Below are positions 42,098 through 52,645 of a DNA stretch of 64,000 nucleotides, in pieces; the stretch's first letter is position 1, and every line of letters begins with the position of its first letter. Position numbers and translations under genes: made by a program. The stretch is from an uncultured Gemmatimonadales bacterium. Its GTDB lineage: Bacteria > Gemmatimonadota > Gemmatimonadetes > Gemmatimonadales > GWC2-71-9. Under the pieces are notes generated by a model. It made no database searches. It had not been told where the DNA came from and saw only the letters and a program-made list of their open reading frames with translations. The stretch lies in NCBI GenBank assembly GCA_963720365.1, contig CAVRFK010000031.1, positions 1,330 through 65,329 of the forward strand. Direction: 5' to 3'.

Positions 42098-43769
42098 GTG
42101 ATCCTTCTCCTCTTCCTCCTCCTCGCTCCCCTTTCCACCCTCGCCGCCCAGTCCCCGACCTTCGACCTCGTCATCCGCAACGGCCACATCGTGGACGGCA
42201 CCGGCTCTCCGTGGTATGCCGGCGATGTCGGCATCCGCGACGGCCGCATCGCCGCGATCGGCCGGCTCGACGGCGCCAAGGCGAAGCGCACGGTGGACGC
42301 GAAGGGCCAGGTCGTGGCGCCGGGATTCATCGACATGCTCGGCCAGTCCGAGATGACGATCCTGGTGAACCCGAGCCTGCCGTCGAAGGTCTTCCAGGGG
42401 ATCACCACCGAGATCACCGGCGAGGGCGGCTCGCCCGGGCCGTTGAACGACGCGATCATCGCGGCGGACAAGACCGGCTACGACCAGCTGGGCATCACGC
42501 CCGACTGGCGCACGCTGGGCCAGTACTACAGCCGGCTGGAGAAGCAGGGCATCGGCCTCAACATGGCGACCTACGTCGGGGCGACGCAGGTGCGCCGGAT
42601 GGTGCTGGGCGACGACGACAAGGATCCGACGCCGGCGGACCTCGACCGGATGCGGGAGCTGGTGCGGCAAGGCATGCGTCGAGGGCGCCGTCGGTCTCTC
42701 CACCTCGCTCCAGTACCCTCCGGCCCCGTACGCGGAGACCTCGGAGCTGATCGCCCTGGCGAGCGAAGCCGCGAAGTTCGGCGGCGTGTACGCCACCCAC
42801 ATGCGGAACGAGAGCGACGAGATCGACGCCGCGCTGGATGAGGCGATCCGGATCGGCCGAGAGGCGGGGATCCCGGTGGAGATCTGGCACCTGAAGACGG
42901 CCGGCAAGCAGAACTGGGGCCGGATGGCCGCCGTCGTCGCCAAGATCGATTCCGCCCGTCGGGCGGGCGTGGACATCGCGGCCGACACCTACGCCTACCC
43001 GGCGTGGTTCAACTCGATGTCGTCCTACATCCCGCCGTGGGCGCACGACGGGGGCAACGCGAAGCTGCTCGAGCGGCTGCGCGATCCCGCGACGCGCGCG
43101 CGCATCAAGCAGGAGATCGAGAGCACCGATACCGAGTGGGAAAACTCCTGGCAGATCATTCCGGGCCCGGAGGCGATCCTGATCGGCGCGGTGCAGAGCC
43201 CGGCGCTGCGGCAGTACCAGGGGAAGACGCTCGCCGAGGTCGCGAAGCTCCGCGGCCGCGAGCCGCTGGACGCGCTCATCGATCTCCTGATCGAGGACAA
43301 GGCGTACACGTCGGTGGCCGTGTTCGGCATGAGCGAGCCGGACGTGGCGCTCGCGCTGGCGCAGCCGTGGGTCTCGGTCAACTGCGACTCCGAGGGCGCG
43401 GCGCCCGAGGGCATCCTCGGCCGCAGCCATCCGCACCCGCGGGCGTACGGCACGTTTCCGCGGATCCTCCGGAAGTACGTGCGGGAGGAGAAGCGGCTCA
43501 CCCTGGAGGACGCGATCCGCAAGTTCACCTCGCTGCCGGCGCAGCGGATGCGGATCGGGGATCGCGGCGTGCTGAAAGTCGGGATGTGGGCGGACGTCGT
43601 GGTGTTCGATCCGGCCACGGTGACGGACCGGGCGACGTTCGACAAGCCGCACCAGCTCGCGGAGGGGATGAGCTGGGTGCTCGTCAACGGTGTGCCCGTC
43701 ATCGCGGACGGCAAGGCGACGGGGGCGCGGCCGGGGAAGGTGATCCGGGGGCCGGGGTATCGGATGTAG
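42098..43769 (+). CDS. N-acyl-D-amino-acid deacylase with signal peptide (apparent frameshift ~42675)
   Basis: DLVIRNGHIVDGTG, APGFID, YATHMRNE, HPRAYGTFPR, ADVVVFD. Confidence 0.88.
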
Positions 43770-43773
43770 CCGC

Positions 43774-43868
43774 TTGTCATCCTGAGCGAAGCGAAGGAGC
43801 CGTAGCTGCCTTCGTGGTGAAATCTCCTCCAGGCCAGCCCAGCACCTTCGCTTCGCTCAGGATGACAA
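43774..43868. repeat. REP-like palindrome, family A
   Basis: TTGTCATCCTGAGCGAAGCGAAGG ... CCTTCGCTTCGCTCAGGATGACAA. Confidence 0.9.
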
Positions 43869-43915
43869 CGCGCCCACCACTACAAGCCGCCAGCCCCCCC
43901 GGATACTTTGAGCGC

Positions 43916-45146
43916 ATGCCCGTAGAAGTCACTTCCGAGATCGGTCCCCTGCAAACCGTGCTGGTGCACACCCCCGGCCCGGAGCTGGAGGCGGTCACGC
44001 CGGGCAACCGGGAAGATTTCCTCTACGACGACATCATCGATCTCGAGATCGCCCAGCGCGAGCATCGCCAGTTCGTCTCGGTCCTCAAGCGCTTCGCCAA
44101 GGTCCACCAGGTCCGCGATCTCCTCGCCGAGATTCTGGAGGAGCCCAAGGCGCGCGACTTCCTGATCACCAAGACCATGGACGTCGTTCCCTCCGACGAT
44201 CTCGCTCAGCAGCTCGGCACCATGCCGGCCGCGCAGATCGTCGAGATGCTGATCCAGGGAACCCGGGAGGAGAGCGGCCCGATCACGGCCGCGCTCAACG
44301 AGGAAGGGTTCGCCTTCCCGCCGCTGCCGAACCTGTTCTTTCCCCGCGACATCGGGATCGTGATCGGCAACCACGCGGTGGTGGGCTCGATGCGCTACGG
44401 CGTGCGGTGGACCGAGGAGCTGCTGATCAAGTCGCTCTTCCTCTTCCATCCCGAGCTGGCCAACGCCGGCCTGCTGTACGACGGCTCGGAGGAGAAGCGG
44501 AGCAACTACACCCTCGAAGGCGGCGACGTGCACTATCTCCGGCCCGACCTGATGGTGGTCGGGTTCAGCGAGCGCACCACGCCCGAGGCGCTGGACCGGC
44601 TGTGCGATGTCGCGTTCGCGCGCGGGCTCGTCACCGACGTGCTGGTGGTGGTGATGCCGAAGGCGCCGACCGCGATCCACCTGGACATGATCTTCAATCA
44701 CGTGGACCACGAGCTGTGCGTCGTCTATCCGCCCTATTTCATCGGGCCGGAACGGTTGGCGGTGCTGCATCGGCGGAAGGGTGATGGAAGGGGTGAGGGA
44801 GATGCCGAACTTCTTCGCCGCGGCCAAGGAGCTGGCCCTGCCGCTGGAGCCGATCTTCGCCGGCGGCAACAACCGCACCCGGCAGGAGCGGGAGCAGTGG
44901 AGCTCGGCGTGCAACTTCCTGGCGGTCCGGCCGGGCACGATCGTCAGCTATCGCCGCAACGACGCCACGCTCTGCGAGCTGGAGGCCGCCGGCTTCCGGC
45001 TGGTGCCGGCGGTCAACTTCCTCGCGTTCGACGACTGGCGCGAGGCGAAGCACCGGACCGTGATCACCGTCGACGGCTCGGAGCTCGCGCGGGGCGGCGG
45101 GGGCCCGCGCTGCATGTCGCTGCCGCTTCGCCGGGCGTCGCTGTGA
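43916..45146 (+). CDS. arcA: Arginine deiminase (apparent frameshift ~44785)
   Basis: SEIGPL..VLVH.PG.E, PNLFFPRD, LEGGD, HLD, SELARGGGGPRCMS. Confidence 0.88.
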
Positions 45147-46021
45147 CCGGTCTGACCGCCCACCCGAGCAGCTCGCTGGTCGAGCGGGTGCACGGCGTTC
45201 TGCGCACCGGTCCCCAGCCGTCCTCGATGCTCTGCCGTGAGGTGCTGGGTCTGAGCGAGGCGCCGCTGGTGATCTGCGACCGCATCGCGGTGGCGCTGCT
45301 CGGCTCCGACCCGCGGATTCGCCGGCTCTCGGATGGGCGCTGGGGACTGGTGGCGGAGGTGCAGGGCTCGCCGCTGCTGGAGGAGTGCGCCTTCGCGGTG
45401 GTGGACGTGGAGACGACCGGCGCGCGGGCCGGCGGGAGCGACCGCATCACCGAGGTCGCGGTGGTGGTGGTCTGCGGGGGCCGGCGCGAGGTGGTGTTCG
45501 AGTCGCTGGTCAATCCGGGGCGGCCGATCCCACCGGCCGTCTGCGCGGTCACCAACATCACCAACGAGATGGTCCGCAAGGCGCCGACCTTCTCCGACCT
45601 GTCCGAGCAGGTGGTGCAGGCGCTCGCCGGGCGGGTCTTCGTCGCCCACAACGCCAGGTTCGACTGGAATTTTCTGAACGCGGAAGTCCGGCGGGCGCAG
45701 GCGCTGACGCTCGAGGGCCCGACTCTCTGCACCGTGCGCCTGGCGCGACGGCTGGTGCAGGGTATCGCCTCGTGCGGTCTGGACAGCCTCACCCACTGGT
45801 TCGGCTTCACCAACCGCGCCCGCCACCGCGCGGGTGGCGACGCGCTGGTCACGGCGGAGCTGCTGGAGCGGCTGCTGGTGCTGGCGCGGCAGGAAGGGGC
45901 CCGCACGCTCCAGGACCTCGCGGCCATCGAGAGCCGCCGGGCTCCGCGCCGGCTCAAGCGCCGCCGCTCGGCCATGCCGACGGCCCCGCTGGCCGATTCC
46001 GATCCGGGACTGTTCCTGTGA
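45143..46021 (+). CDS. DEDDh 3'-5' exonuclease (DnaQ-like) with N-terminal extension
   Basis: VVDVETTG, VAHNARFD, HRAGGDA. Confidence 0.88.
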   Translation: MTGLTAHPSSSLVERVHGVLRTGPQPSSMLCREVLGLSEAPLVICDRIAVALLGSDPRIRRLSDGRWGLVAEVQGSPLLEECAFAVVDVETTGARAGGSDRITEVAVVVVCGGRREVVFESLVNPGRPIPPAVCAVTNITNEMVRKAPTFSDLSEQVVQALAGRVFVAHNARFDWNFLNAEVRRAQALTLEGPTLCTVRLARRLVQGIASCGLDSLTHWFGFTNRARHRAGGDALVTAELLERLLVLARQEGARTLQDLAAIESRRAPRRLKRRRSAMPTAPLADSDPGLFL

Positions 46022-46950
46022 CGCTCTCGCGCACCTTCCAGGTCGGCGGCCTCCGCTGCCACACGCTCGAGGGCGGGATGCAGCGCCTCGACGGCGGCGC
46101 GATGTTCGGCGTGGTGCCCTATCCGCTCTGGAGCCGGCGGGTGCCGCCCGACGAGCGGCGGCGCATCCCGCTCGCGATGCGCTGTCTCCTGGTCGAGCAT
46201 CCCGACGGCCTGGTGCTCATCGACACCGCGCTCGGCAACAAGGAAGACCCGAAGTTCCTCGACATCTATGGCGTGGAGAACCAGGGACTCGAAGGCGCCA
46301 CGCAGCTCGAGGACGCGCTCGCCTCCGCCGGGTTCCTGCCGCGCGACGTGCGCTGGGTGATCAACACCCATCTCCATTTCGATCACGCCGGCGGCAACAC
46401 CACGCTCGATCCCGAGCTGGAGGACGATCCCCGGCGCCACGTGCGTCCCTCGTATCCCAACGCCACCTACCTGGTGCAGCAGGGCGAGCTGGAGTTCGCC
46501 CGGAAGGCCAACGAGCGCACCCGGGCGAGCTACCTGCCGCACAACTACGAGCCGATCGCGTCCGCCGGCCGGTGGAAGCTGCTGGAGGGGGATGGGGAGG
46601 TATTCCCGGGCATCTCGGTGCGGCTGACGCCGGGGCACGTGCCCTTCCTTCAGATGGTCCTGGTCAAGGATCGAGGCGAGACGGTCGCCTTCCTGTCGGA
46701 CCTGATCCCCACCACCGCCCATCTGCCGTTGCCGTGGATCATGGGATACGATCTGGAGCCGCTCCGGACGCTCGAGAGCAAGCGGGCGGTCCTGGCGGAG
46801 GCGGTGCGGGAGGGATGGCAGTTCGTCTTCGAGCACGACCCGGCCGTGGCGATGGGGCGGCCGGTGCAGGAAGGGAAGGATGTGGTGCTCAAGGATATCG
46901 TCGCCGCCCCGGGAGCCAATGTCACTCTGAGCGAAGCGAAGGGGCGATAG
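46018..46950 (+). CDS. MBL-fold metallo-hydrolase (YtnP-like)
   Basis: LDGGAMFGVVP, THLHFDHAGG, TPGH, EHDP. Confidence 0.9.
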   Translation: MTLSRTFQVGGLRCHTLEGGMQRLDGGAMFGVVPYPLWSRRVPPDERRRIPLAMRCLLVEHPDGLVLIDTALGNKEDPKFLDIYGVENQGLEGATQLEDALASAGFLPRDVRWVINTHLHFDHAGGNTTLDPELEDDPRRHVRPSYPNATYLVQQGELEFARKANERTRASYLPHNYEPIASAGRWKLLEGDGEVFPGISVRLTPGHVPFLQMVLVKDRGETVAFLSDLIPTTAHLPLPWIMGYDLEPLRTLESKRAVLAEAVREGWQFVFEHDPAVAMGRPVQEGKDVVLKDIVAAPGANVTLSEAKGR

Positions 46951-46974
46951 CGCAAGGCGATCTCCCGGGATGAC
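46920..46974. repeat. REP-like family A, degenerate copy overlapping the MBL stop
   Basis: TGTCACTCTGAGCGAAGCGAAGGG ... CGGGATGAC. Confidence 0.65.
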
Positions 46975-46980
46975 TTGAAG

Positions 46981-47009
46981 TTGACTCCCATCCCGCCTGC
47001 CGCTAGCTT
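46981..47009 (+). promoter_or_regulatory. sigma70-type promoter upstream of the infC leader
   Basis: TTGACT-N17-TAGCTT. Confidence 0.6.
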
Positions 47010-47015
47010 CACCCC

Positions 47016-47175
47016 TTCGTAAAGCGGGGAGGAAACTCCCCCACCCTGAGCCTGCGGCCTGAGCCACAGCGCAACCGGGTCCTGGCTTCCCAGCCGATCT
47101 GGCCGGCACGTGCCGGCGGCGGTTTTTGGGCGTGGCGGGCACCCGAACTCATTCAGGGGTGTCCGTTTTTCTTTT
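47016..47175 (+). ncRNA. Candidate structured leader/sRNA ending in an intrinsic terminator (L20-leader-like or 6S-like)
   Basis: Lies between promoter and infC SD; hairpin GCGGGCACCC/GGGTGTCCGT followed by TTTTCTTTT. Confidence 0.45.
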
Positions 47176-47193
47176 GCGTCGGAGGTAGGCCCA

Positions 47194-47715
47194 CTGTCCA
47201 CAAACGAGCGCGAAAAGCGAACCCGCATCAATCGTATGATTCGCATCAGTCCGGTGCGGGTCATCGGCCCCTTAGGCGAGCAACTCGGCGTCCTACCCGT
47301 GGAGGAGGCGCTGGCCGCCGCCCAGGAACGCGGGCTGGATCTCGTGGAAGTGGCTCCGACGGCTCGGCCCCCCGTGGTCAAGATCATGGACTACGGGAAG
47401 TTCAAGTTCGAAGAGGCAAAGGCGGCGCGGGCGGCAAAGAAGAAGCAGCACATCATTCAGCTGAAGGAAGTGAAGTACCGGCCCGGCATCGACGATCACG
47501 ACTTCGACTTCAAGACCCGGCACGCCCGTGAGTTCCTGGGCGACGGCAACAAGGTCAAGGTCACGATGATGTACCGCGGCCGCCAGATCGCGCACCTCGA
47601 GCTGGGCAAGGCCGTGCTGGACCGCGTGGCCGCGAGCCTCGCCGACATCGGCAAGATCGAAGCCGAGGCGAAGCTGGAGGGGCGGAACATGACGATGGTG
47701 CTCGCGCCGAAATAG
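47194..47715 (+). CDS. infC: Translation initiation factor IF-3 (probable CTG start)
   Basis: [19 protein letters not shown]...[26 protein letters not shown] 7 nt before in-frame CTG. Confidence 0.95.
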   Translation: MSTNEREKRTRINRMIRISPVRVIGPLGEQLGVLPVEEALAAAQERGLDLVEVAPTARPPVVKIMDYGKFKFEEAKAARAAKKKQHIIQLKEVKYRPGIDDHDFDFKTRHAREFLGDGNKVKVTMMYRGRQIAHLELGKAVLDRVAASLADIGKIEAEAKLEGRNMTMVLAPK

Positions 47716-47755
47716 GCGGAGCGGTCAGACCGCGCCCAACCGAGGAACGACGACG

Positions 47756-47950
47756 ATGCCGAAGCAAAAAACCAAGCGCGCCGCCATGAAGCGGTTCAAG
47801 CGGACCGGCAGCGGGAAGCTCAAGCGGTGGCACGCAAACCACTCGCACATCCTGACGAAGAAGACGCGCAAGCGGAAGAACCGGCTCAAGAAGGGCGACC
47901 TGGTGAGCTCGGCGGATTTCCCCCGCGTCAACCGTCTCCTCCAGGCGTAA
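47756..47950 (+). CDS. rpmI: 50S ribosomal protein L35
   Basis: [21 protein letters not shown]. Confidence 0.97.
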   Translation: MPKQKTKRAAMKRFKRTGSGKLKRWHANHSHILTKKTRKRKNRLKKGDLVSSADFPRVNRLLQA

Positions 47951-47960
47951 GGAGCGCACC

Positions 47961-48314
47961 ATGCCTCGTGTAAAAAGTGGCGTCGCCCATCACGCCCGGA
48001 AGAAGAAGATCATGCAGGCCGCCAAGGGCGCCCGCGGCGGCCGCAGCAAGCTGTACAAGGCCGCCAAGGAGACCGTCGAGCGCGGCATGCGGTACGCCTA
48101 CCGCGACCGGCGCAAGAAGAAGTCCGAGTTCCGGGCGCTCTGGATCACCCGCATCAACGCGGCGGCGCGGATCCACGGCCTGAGCTACAGCCGGCTGGTC
48201 GCCGGCCTCAAGAAGGGCGGCGTCGAGATCAACCGGAAGATTCTCGCCGATCTGGCGGTCCGCGACCTGGAGGCGTTCGGCAAGCTCGCCGAGGTCGCGA
48301 AGAACAACCAGTAG
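47961..48314 (+). CDS. rplT: 50S ribosomal protein L20
   Basis: YAYRDRR...[23 protein letters not shown]. Confidence 0.97.
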   Translation: MPRVKSGVAHHARKKKIMQAAKGARGGRSKLYKAAKETVERGMRYAYRDRRKKKSEFRALWITRINAAARIHGLSYSRLVAGLKKGGVEINRKILADLAVRDLEAFGKLAEVAKNNQ

Positions 48315-48340
48315 CGCCGTCCCCAATGCACGCTGTCGCC

Positions 48341-48377
48341 CGGTGGGGCCGTTCGCGCTCGGCGGGCGGCCCCACTG
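48341..48377. terminator. Hairpin between rplT and pheS
   Basis: GTGGGGCCGTTCGC / GCGGGCGGCCCCAC; no U tract. Confidence 0.35.
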
Positions 48378-48392
48378 ACGCATAGGTCACCC

Positions 48393-49472
48393 GTGTCCAC
48401 GAGCCCCGCTTCCGTGTCTACCGGCTACTCCGATCTCGACGCATTGCAGCCCAGGCTGGCGGCCATCGCCTCGCTCGGTCCCGCCGAGCTCGAGGCGGAG
48501 GAGATCGCGATCCTGGGCCGGAAGAGCGGCGCGCTCACGGCCGCGCTCAAGCGCGTCGCCGCGCTGCCGGTCGAAGAGCGCAAGCGCTACGGCGCGGCGG
48601 TGAACACGCTCAAGGGCACGTTCGAGGGAGCGTTCGGCGCCCGGCGTGCCGCGCTCGACGCGGAGAAGGCCGAGCGGGAGCAGGCCGGGGTGGATCTCAC
48701 GATGCCCGCGCGGGGCCGCTGGGTCGGCGCGGAGCACCCCGTGACCCGGGTCGTGGACGAGATCGTCGAGATCTTCCGCGGCATCGGGTTCACCGTCGCG
48801 CTGGGGCCGGAAGTCGAGACCGAGTGGTACAACTTCCTCGCGCTCAACTTCCCGGCCGATCACCCGGCGATGGACATGCACGACACGCTCTACCTCGACG
48901 CCGCGCCGGTCGAAGGAGAGCCGGGCGGCCGCCTGCTGCTGCGCACGCACACCTCGCCGGTGCAGATCCGGACCCTGATGCAGTCGCCGCCGCCGGTGCG
49001 GGTCGTGATCCCGGGGATGGTCTACCGCAACGATGCGTTCGACCCGTCGCACTCGCCTGCCTTCCATCAAGTCGAAGGGCTCGCGGTGGACGAAGGGATC
49101 TCGTTCGTGGATCTCAAGGCGACGCTGATCCACTTCGCGCACCGGTTCTTCGGTCCCACGACGAAGACGCGGTTCCGGCCATCGTTCTTCCCGTTCACGG
49201 AGCCTTCGGCGGAGATGGACGTCGAGTGCCAGCTCTGCCATGGCAGCGGTTGCCCGGCGTGCAAGGGGACGGGCTGGATGGAGATTCTCGGGTGCGGGAT
49301 GGTGCATCCCGCGGTGCTGGAGAATTGCAGCGTCGACTCGGAGAAGTACACCGGGTGGGCGTTCGGGATGGGGCCGCACCGGATCGCGATGCTGCGGTAT
49401 GGGATCCCGGACATCCGGTTGTTGCTGGAGGGGGATATGAGGTTTTTGGCGCGGCTAGGGGGGAATTCCTGA
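48393..49472 (+). CDS. pheS: Phenylalanine-tRNA ligase alpha subunit
   Basis: LRTHTSPVQIR, FHQVEGL, FPFTEPS, EILGCGMVHP. Confidence 0.97.
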   Translation: MSTSPASVSTGYSDLDALQPRLAAIASLGPAELEAEEIAILGRKSGALTAALKRVAALPVEERKRYGAAVNTLKGTFEGAFGARRAALDAEKAEREQAGVDLTMPARGRWVGAEHPVTRVVDEIVEIFRGIGFTVALGPEVETEWYNFLALNFPADHPAMDMHDTLYLDAAPVEGEPGGRLLLRTHTSPVQIRTLMQSPPPVRVVIPGMVYRNDAFDPSHSPAFHQVEGLAVDEGISFVDLKATLIHFAHRFFGPTTKTRFRPSFFPFTEPSAEMDVECQLCHGSGCPACKGTGWMEILGCGMVHPAVLENCSVDSEKYTGWAFGMGPHRIAMLRYGIPDIRLLLEGDMRFLARLGGNS

Positions 49473-49481
49473 TGATGCGTC

Positions 49482-49570
49482 GTACCTCATCCCGAGCGCA
49501 GCGAGGGACCTTCTTGATGCATGTCCGGGACCCGCGGGCAAGGTCCCTCGCTGCGCTCGGGATGAAGTAC
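49482..49570. repeat. REP-like palindrome, family A
   Basis: GTACCTCATCCCGAGCGCAGCGAGGGACCTT ... AAGGTCCCTCGCTGCGCTCGGGATGAAGTAC. Confidence 0.9.
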
Positions 49571-49597
49571 GGGCTCTGTTGCTGCGGGCGACCCGCA

Positions 49598-52008
49598 GTG
49601 AACATCTCCCTCCGCTGGCTCGAGGCCTTCCTCCGCCGTCCGCTCGACGCCCGCGACGCCGCCGACCGCCTCACGATGCTCGGCGCGCCCGTGGACGCCG
49701 TGGAGCCGCTGCACACCGACCTCGGCGAGCTCGTGATCGGCCTGGTCGAAGACGTCCGCCAGCATCCCAACGCCGACCGGCTCCGCGTCTGCACCGTCAA
49801 CGACGGCACGGCCGAGCGCCGCACCGTCGTGTGCGGCGCCCCGAACGTCACCGCGGGGCGGAAGTATCCCTTCGCGCGGGTCGGGACGACCGTCCCGCAC
49901 GGCAAGGGGGGCGCGCCGATGAAGATCGAGCGCGCCAAGCTGCGTGGCGAGGTGTCCGAGGGGATGCTCTGCTCCGCCCGCGAGCTCGGCCTCGGCCAGG
50001 AGCACGACGGCATTCTCGAGCTGGACACCGAGGCCGCGCCCGGCACGCCGCTGCTCGAGGCGGTACCGCTGGCCGATCACCGGCTCGTGGTGGACGTCAC
50101 GCCCAACCGTCCCGATCTCCTCTGCCACAAGGGCGTGGCCCGCGAGCTGGCCGCCTCGTACCAGACGCCGTTCCGCCTGCCCTCGATCCCCGGCACCGAG
50201 TCGCTCGACGTGGCGCCGCCGCGGCGCTCGGGCGCCAGCGGCACGGTCGGCAGCATCACCATCACGCTCGACGACGCGAAGGACTGCCCCCGCTTCCACG
50301 CCGCGTTCATCCGCGGGACCAAGGTCTCGGCCTCGCCCGCGTGGCTGCGGCAGCGGCTGGAGGCGGTCGGCGTGCGCTCGATCAACAACGTGGTGGACGC
50401 CACCAACTACGTCATGCTCGAGCTGAACCAGCCGATGCACGCGTACGACGCGGCCACCCTGCGCGGCGGGCGGCTCACGGTGCGGCGCGCGCGGGCCGGC
50501 GAGAAGGTCGTCACCCTCGACGACGCGGAGCGCAGCCTCGACGCCGAGATGGTCGCGATCACCGACGGACAAGGCGTCATCGGCCTGGCCGGCGTCATGG
50601 GCGGCGCCTCCACCGAGGTGAGCCCGGAGACTCGGGACGTCCTGCTCGAGGCGGCGTTCTGGGATCCACCCCGGATCCGCCGCACCCGCCGCGCGCTGGG
50701 CATGAGCACCGAGGCGAGCTACCGGTTCGAGCGCACCATCGACCGTTGGGGCGGCGGCGACGCGATGCGCCGCTGCATCGAGCTGATCCTCGCGACCGGC
50801 GGCGGGGAGCTGGCCGACGCGCCGCTCGATCTCTGGCCCGAGCCGTCGCACCCGCCGCGCATCTTCCTGCGGCCCGCGCGGGTCGCGCAGGTGCTCGGCG
50901 TGGAGCTGCCGTGGAACTCGATCGAGCAGTACCTGGTCGCCATCGGCGCCACGGTCGTCTCCAAGCCGGACGACGGCAGGATTGCGGTGGACGTGCCCGG
51001 CTGGCGCCCCGATCTCGCGCGCGAGGTGGACCTGATCGAGGAAGTGGCCCGGCTGCACGGGTACGACAGCTTCCCCTCCGACCTGCGGCCGTTCCGCCTG
51101 GGGCACCTGCCCGACGCGGTCGAGGAGCGGGTGGTGGCGTCCGTGCGGCGCGGCATGGTGGAGCAGGGACTCTACGAGGTGTCGCGCCTGCCGCTCGGCG
51201 CCGCCGACGGCGAGGAGAGCGTCAAGCTGCTCAACCCCCTCTCGTCCGACGACGCCTGGCTGCGCCGCCGGCTGCTGCCGGGGCTGGTGCGCCTGGTGGA
51301 GGGCAACTGGGCCAACCAGGTCGGGGACGTCCGGCTCTTCGAGATCGGGACCGCCTGGTCGGCGAGCGGGCCGCGGGAACCGGCCGCGGGAGGAGCAGCG
51401 CGCTGGCCGCGGTGGTGACCGGCCGGCGGGATCCGAAGCACTGGATGGGGAGCGGCGAGGACCGCTTCGACGTGTGGGACCTGAAGGGACGGTTCGAGGC
51501 GGCGGTCGCTCTGGCGATTCCAGGGGGGGTGGTGCAAGTTGAACGAAACGTGTGGGTTGCCCGGGACGCCGAGGGTCGGGTAGTGGGCGAGGCGGGCCCG
51601 CTGGCCGCCGACGCGCCGCCCTGGGCCGCTCCGCTGTTCGGATTCGAGCTGGTGCTCGATCCGTCGCCCCGCCGGCCGCCCCAGTTCACGCCGCTGCCAG
51701 CGACCCCCGCCTCCGAGCGGGTGCTGGCGTTGCTGCTGCCCCAGGGGGTGACGGCGGCGCAGGTCGAGAGTGTGCTGCGCCAGGCGGGCGGCGCGCTGCT
51801 CGAGGCGGTGGAAGTCGAGAGCGACTATCGCGGACAGGAATTGCCCGCGGGTGCCCGCAGCGTCGCGTTCCGGCTCCGGTTCCGGGCGCCGGACCGCACG
51901 CTGCGCGACGCGGAAGTGGATCAGTCGGAGGCTCGGCTCCTGGCCGGCCTCGCGGAAGAGCTGGGGGTACGGCGTCGCGACGCCGGCCCCGCACGCGCTG
52001 GAGCCTAA
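49598..52008 (+). CDS. pheT: Phenylalanine-tRNA ligase beta subunit (apparent frameshift ~51380)
   Basis: HPNADRL, VCGAPN, TPNRPD, DLIEEVARLHGY, FDX-ACB C-terminus. Confidence 0.96.
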
Positions 52009-52009
52009 C

Positions 52010-52321
52010 GTGGCCTATACCTACGATCGTCCCGATCTGAAGGCGATATCCGACCTGGAGCAGCTCCTCAAGCATCTGACCGAGGAGCTGGGCGGGTGGC
52101 GCCGCCGTACCCTCGTGGCGGAGGCGGAGCTGGCGGAGGCGCAGTCCCACGGCGGCAAGGTCGCGGGACCGGAGCTCAAGGAAGCCCGCAAGCGGGCAAC
52201 CGAGCTGGAAGCGGAGAATCAGGCCCTGCGACATCGCATCGAGGCGGCCCGCGAGCGGCTCAAGGCGCTGGCGGCGCGGCTCTCGTTCCTGGAGCAGCAC
52301 GGGGGAGGAAACGCGGCATGA
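52010..52321 (+). CDS. Small coiled-coil protein upstream of zapA (ZapB-like position)
   Basis: Heptad pattern LEAENQALRHRI; stop overlaps zapA start. Confidence 0.65.
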   Translation: MAYTYDRPDLKAISDLEQLLKHLTEELGGWRRRTLVAEAELAEAQSHGGKVAGPELKEARKRATELEAENQALRHRIEAARERLKALAARLSFLEQHGGGNAA

Positions 52322-52632
52322 CCACGGCCACGAAGAATCCGGTGCGGGTCACCATCGGCGGCGAGGAGTACACCGTCCGCTCCGAGCTGCCGCCGGAGTA
52401 CACCCGCGAGGTCGCCGCGTATTTCGACGCCGCCCTCAAGCGCGTGCGCGACGCGCTCCCCGCGATGGAGGCCCACAAGATCGCGATCCTGGCGGGACTC
52501 GCGATCACCGACGAGCTGTTCCAGGCCCGGCGCGGGGACCGCGACATCGCCAATCGCGTCACCGTGCTGGCGGACCAGCTGGCCCGCCTCCTCCCGCCGG
52601 CCAAACGCGGCAAGCGCGCGGCCGCGTCGTAG
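52318..52632 (+). CDS. zapA: Cell division protein ZapA
   Basis: [27 protein letters not shown]; pheT-zapA-rny synteny. Confidence 0.9.
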   Translation: MTTATKNPVRVTIGGEEYTVRSELPPEYTREVAAYFDAALKRVRDALPAMEAHKIAILAGLAITDELFQARRGDRDIANRVTVLADQLARLLPPAKRGKRAAAS

Positions 52633-52645
52633 GGATCCCCTTCCG

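Noticed and set aside
43004..46021. 1005-aa ArcA-exonuclease fusion
   Set aside because: The ArcA catalytic C-terminus is in another frame (44781-45146); artefact of an indel near 44785
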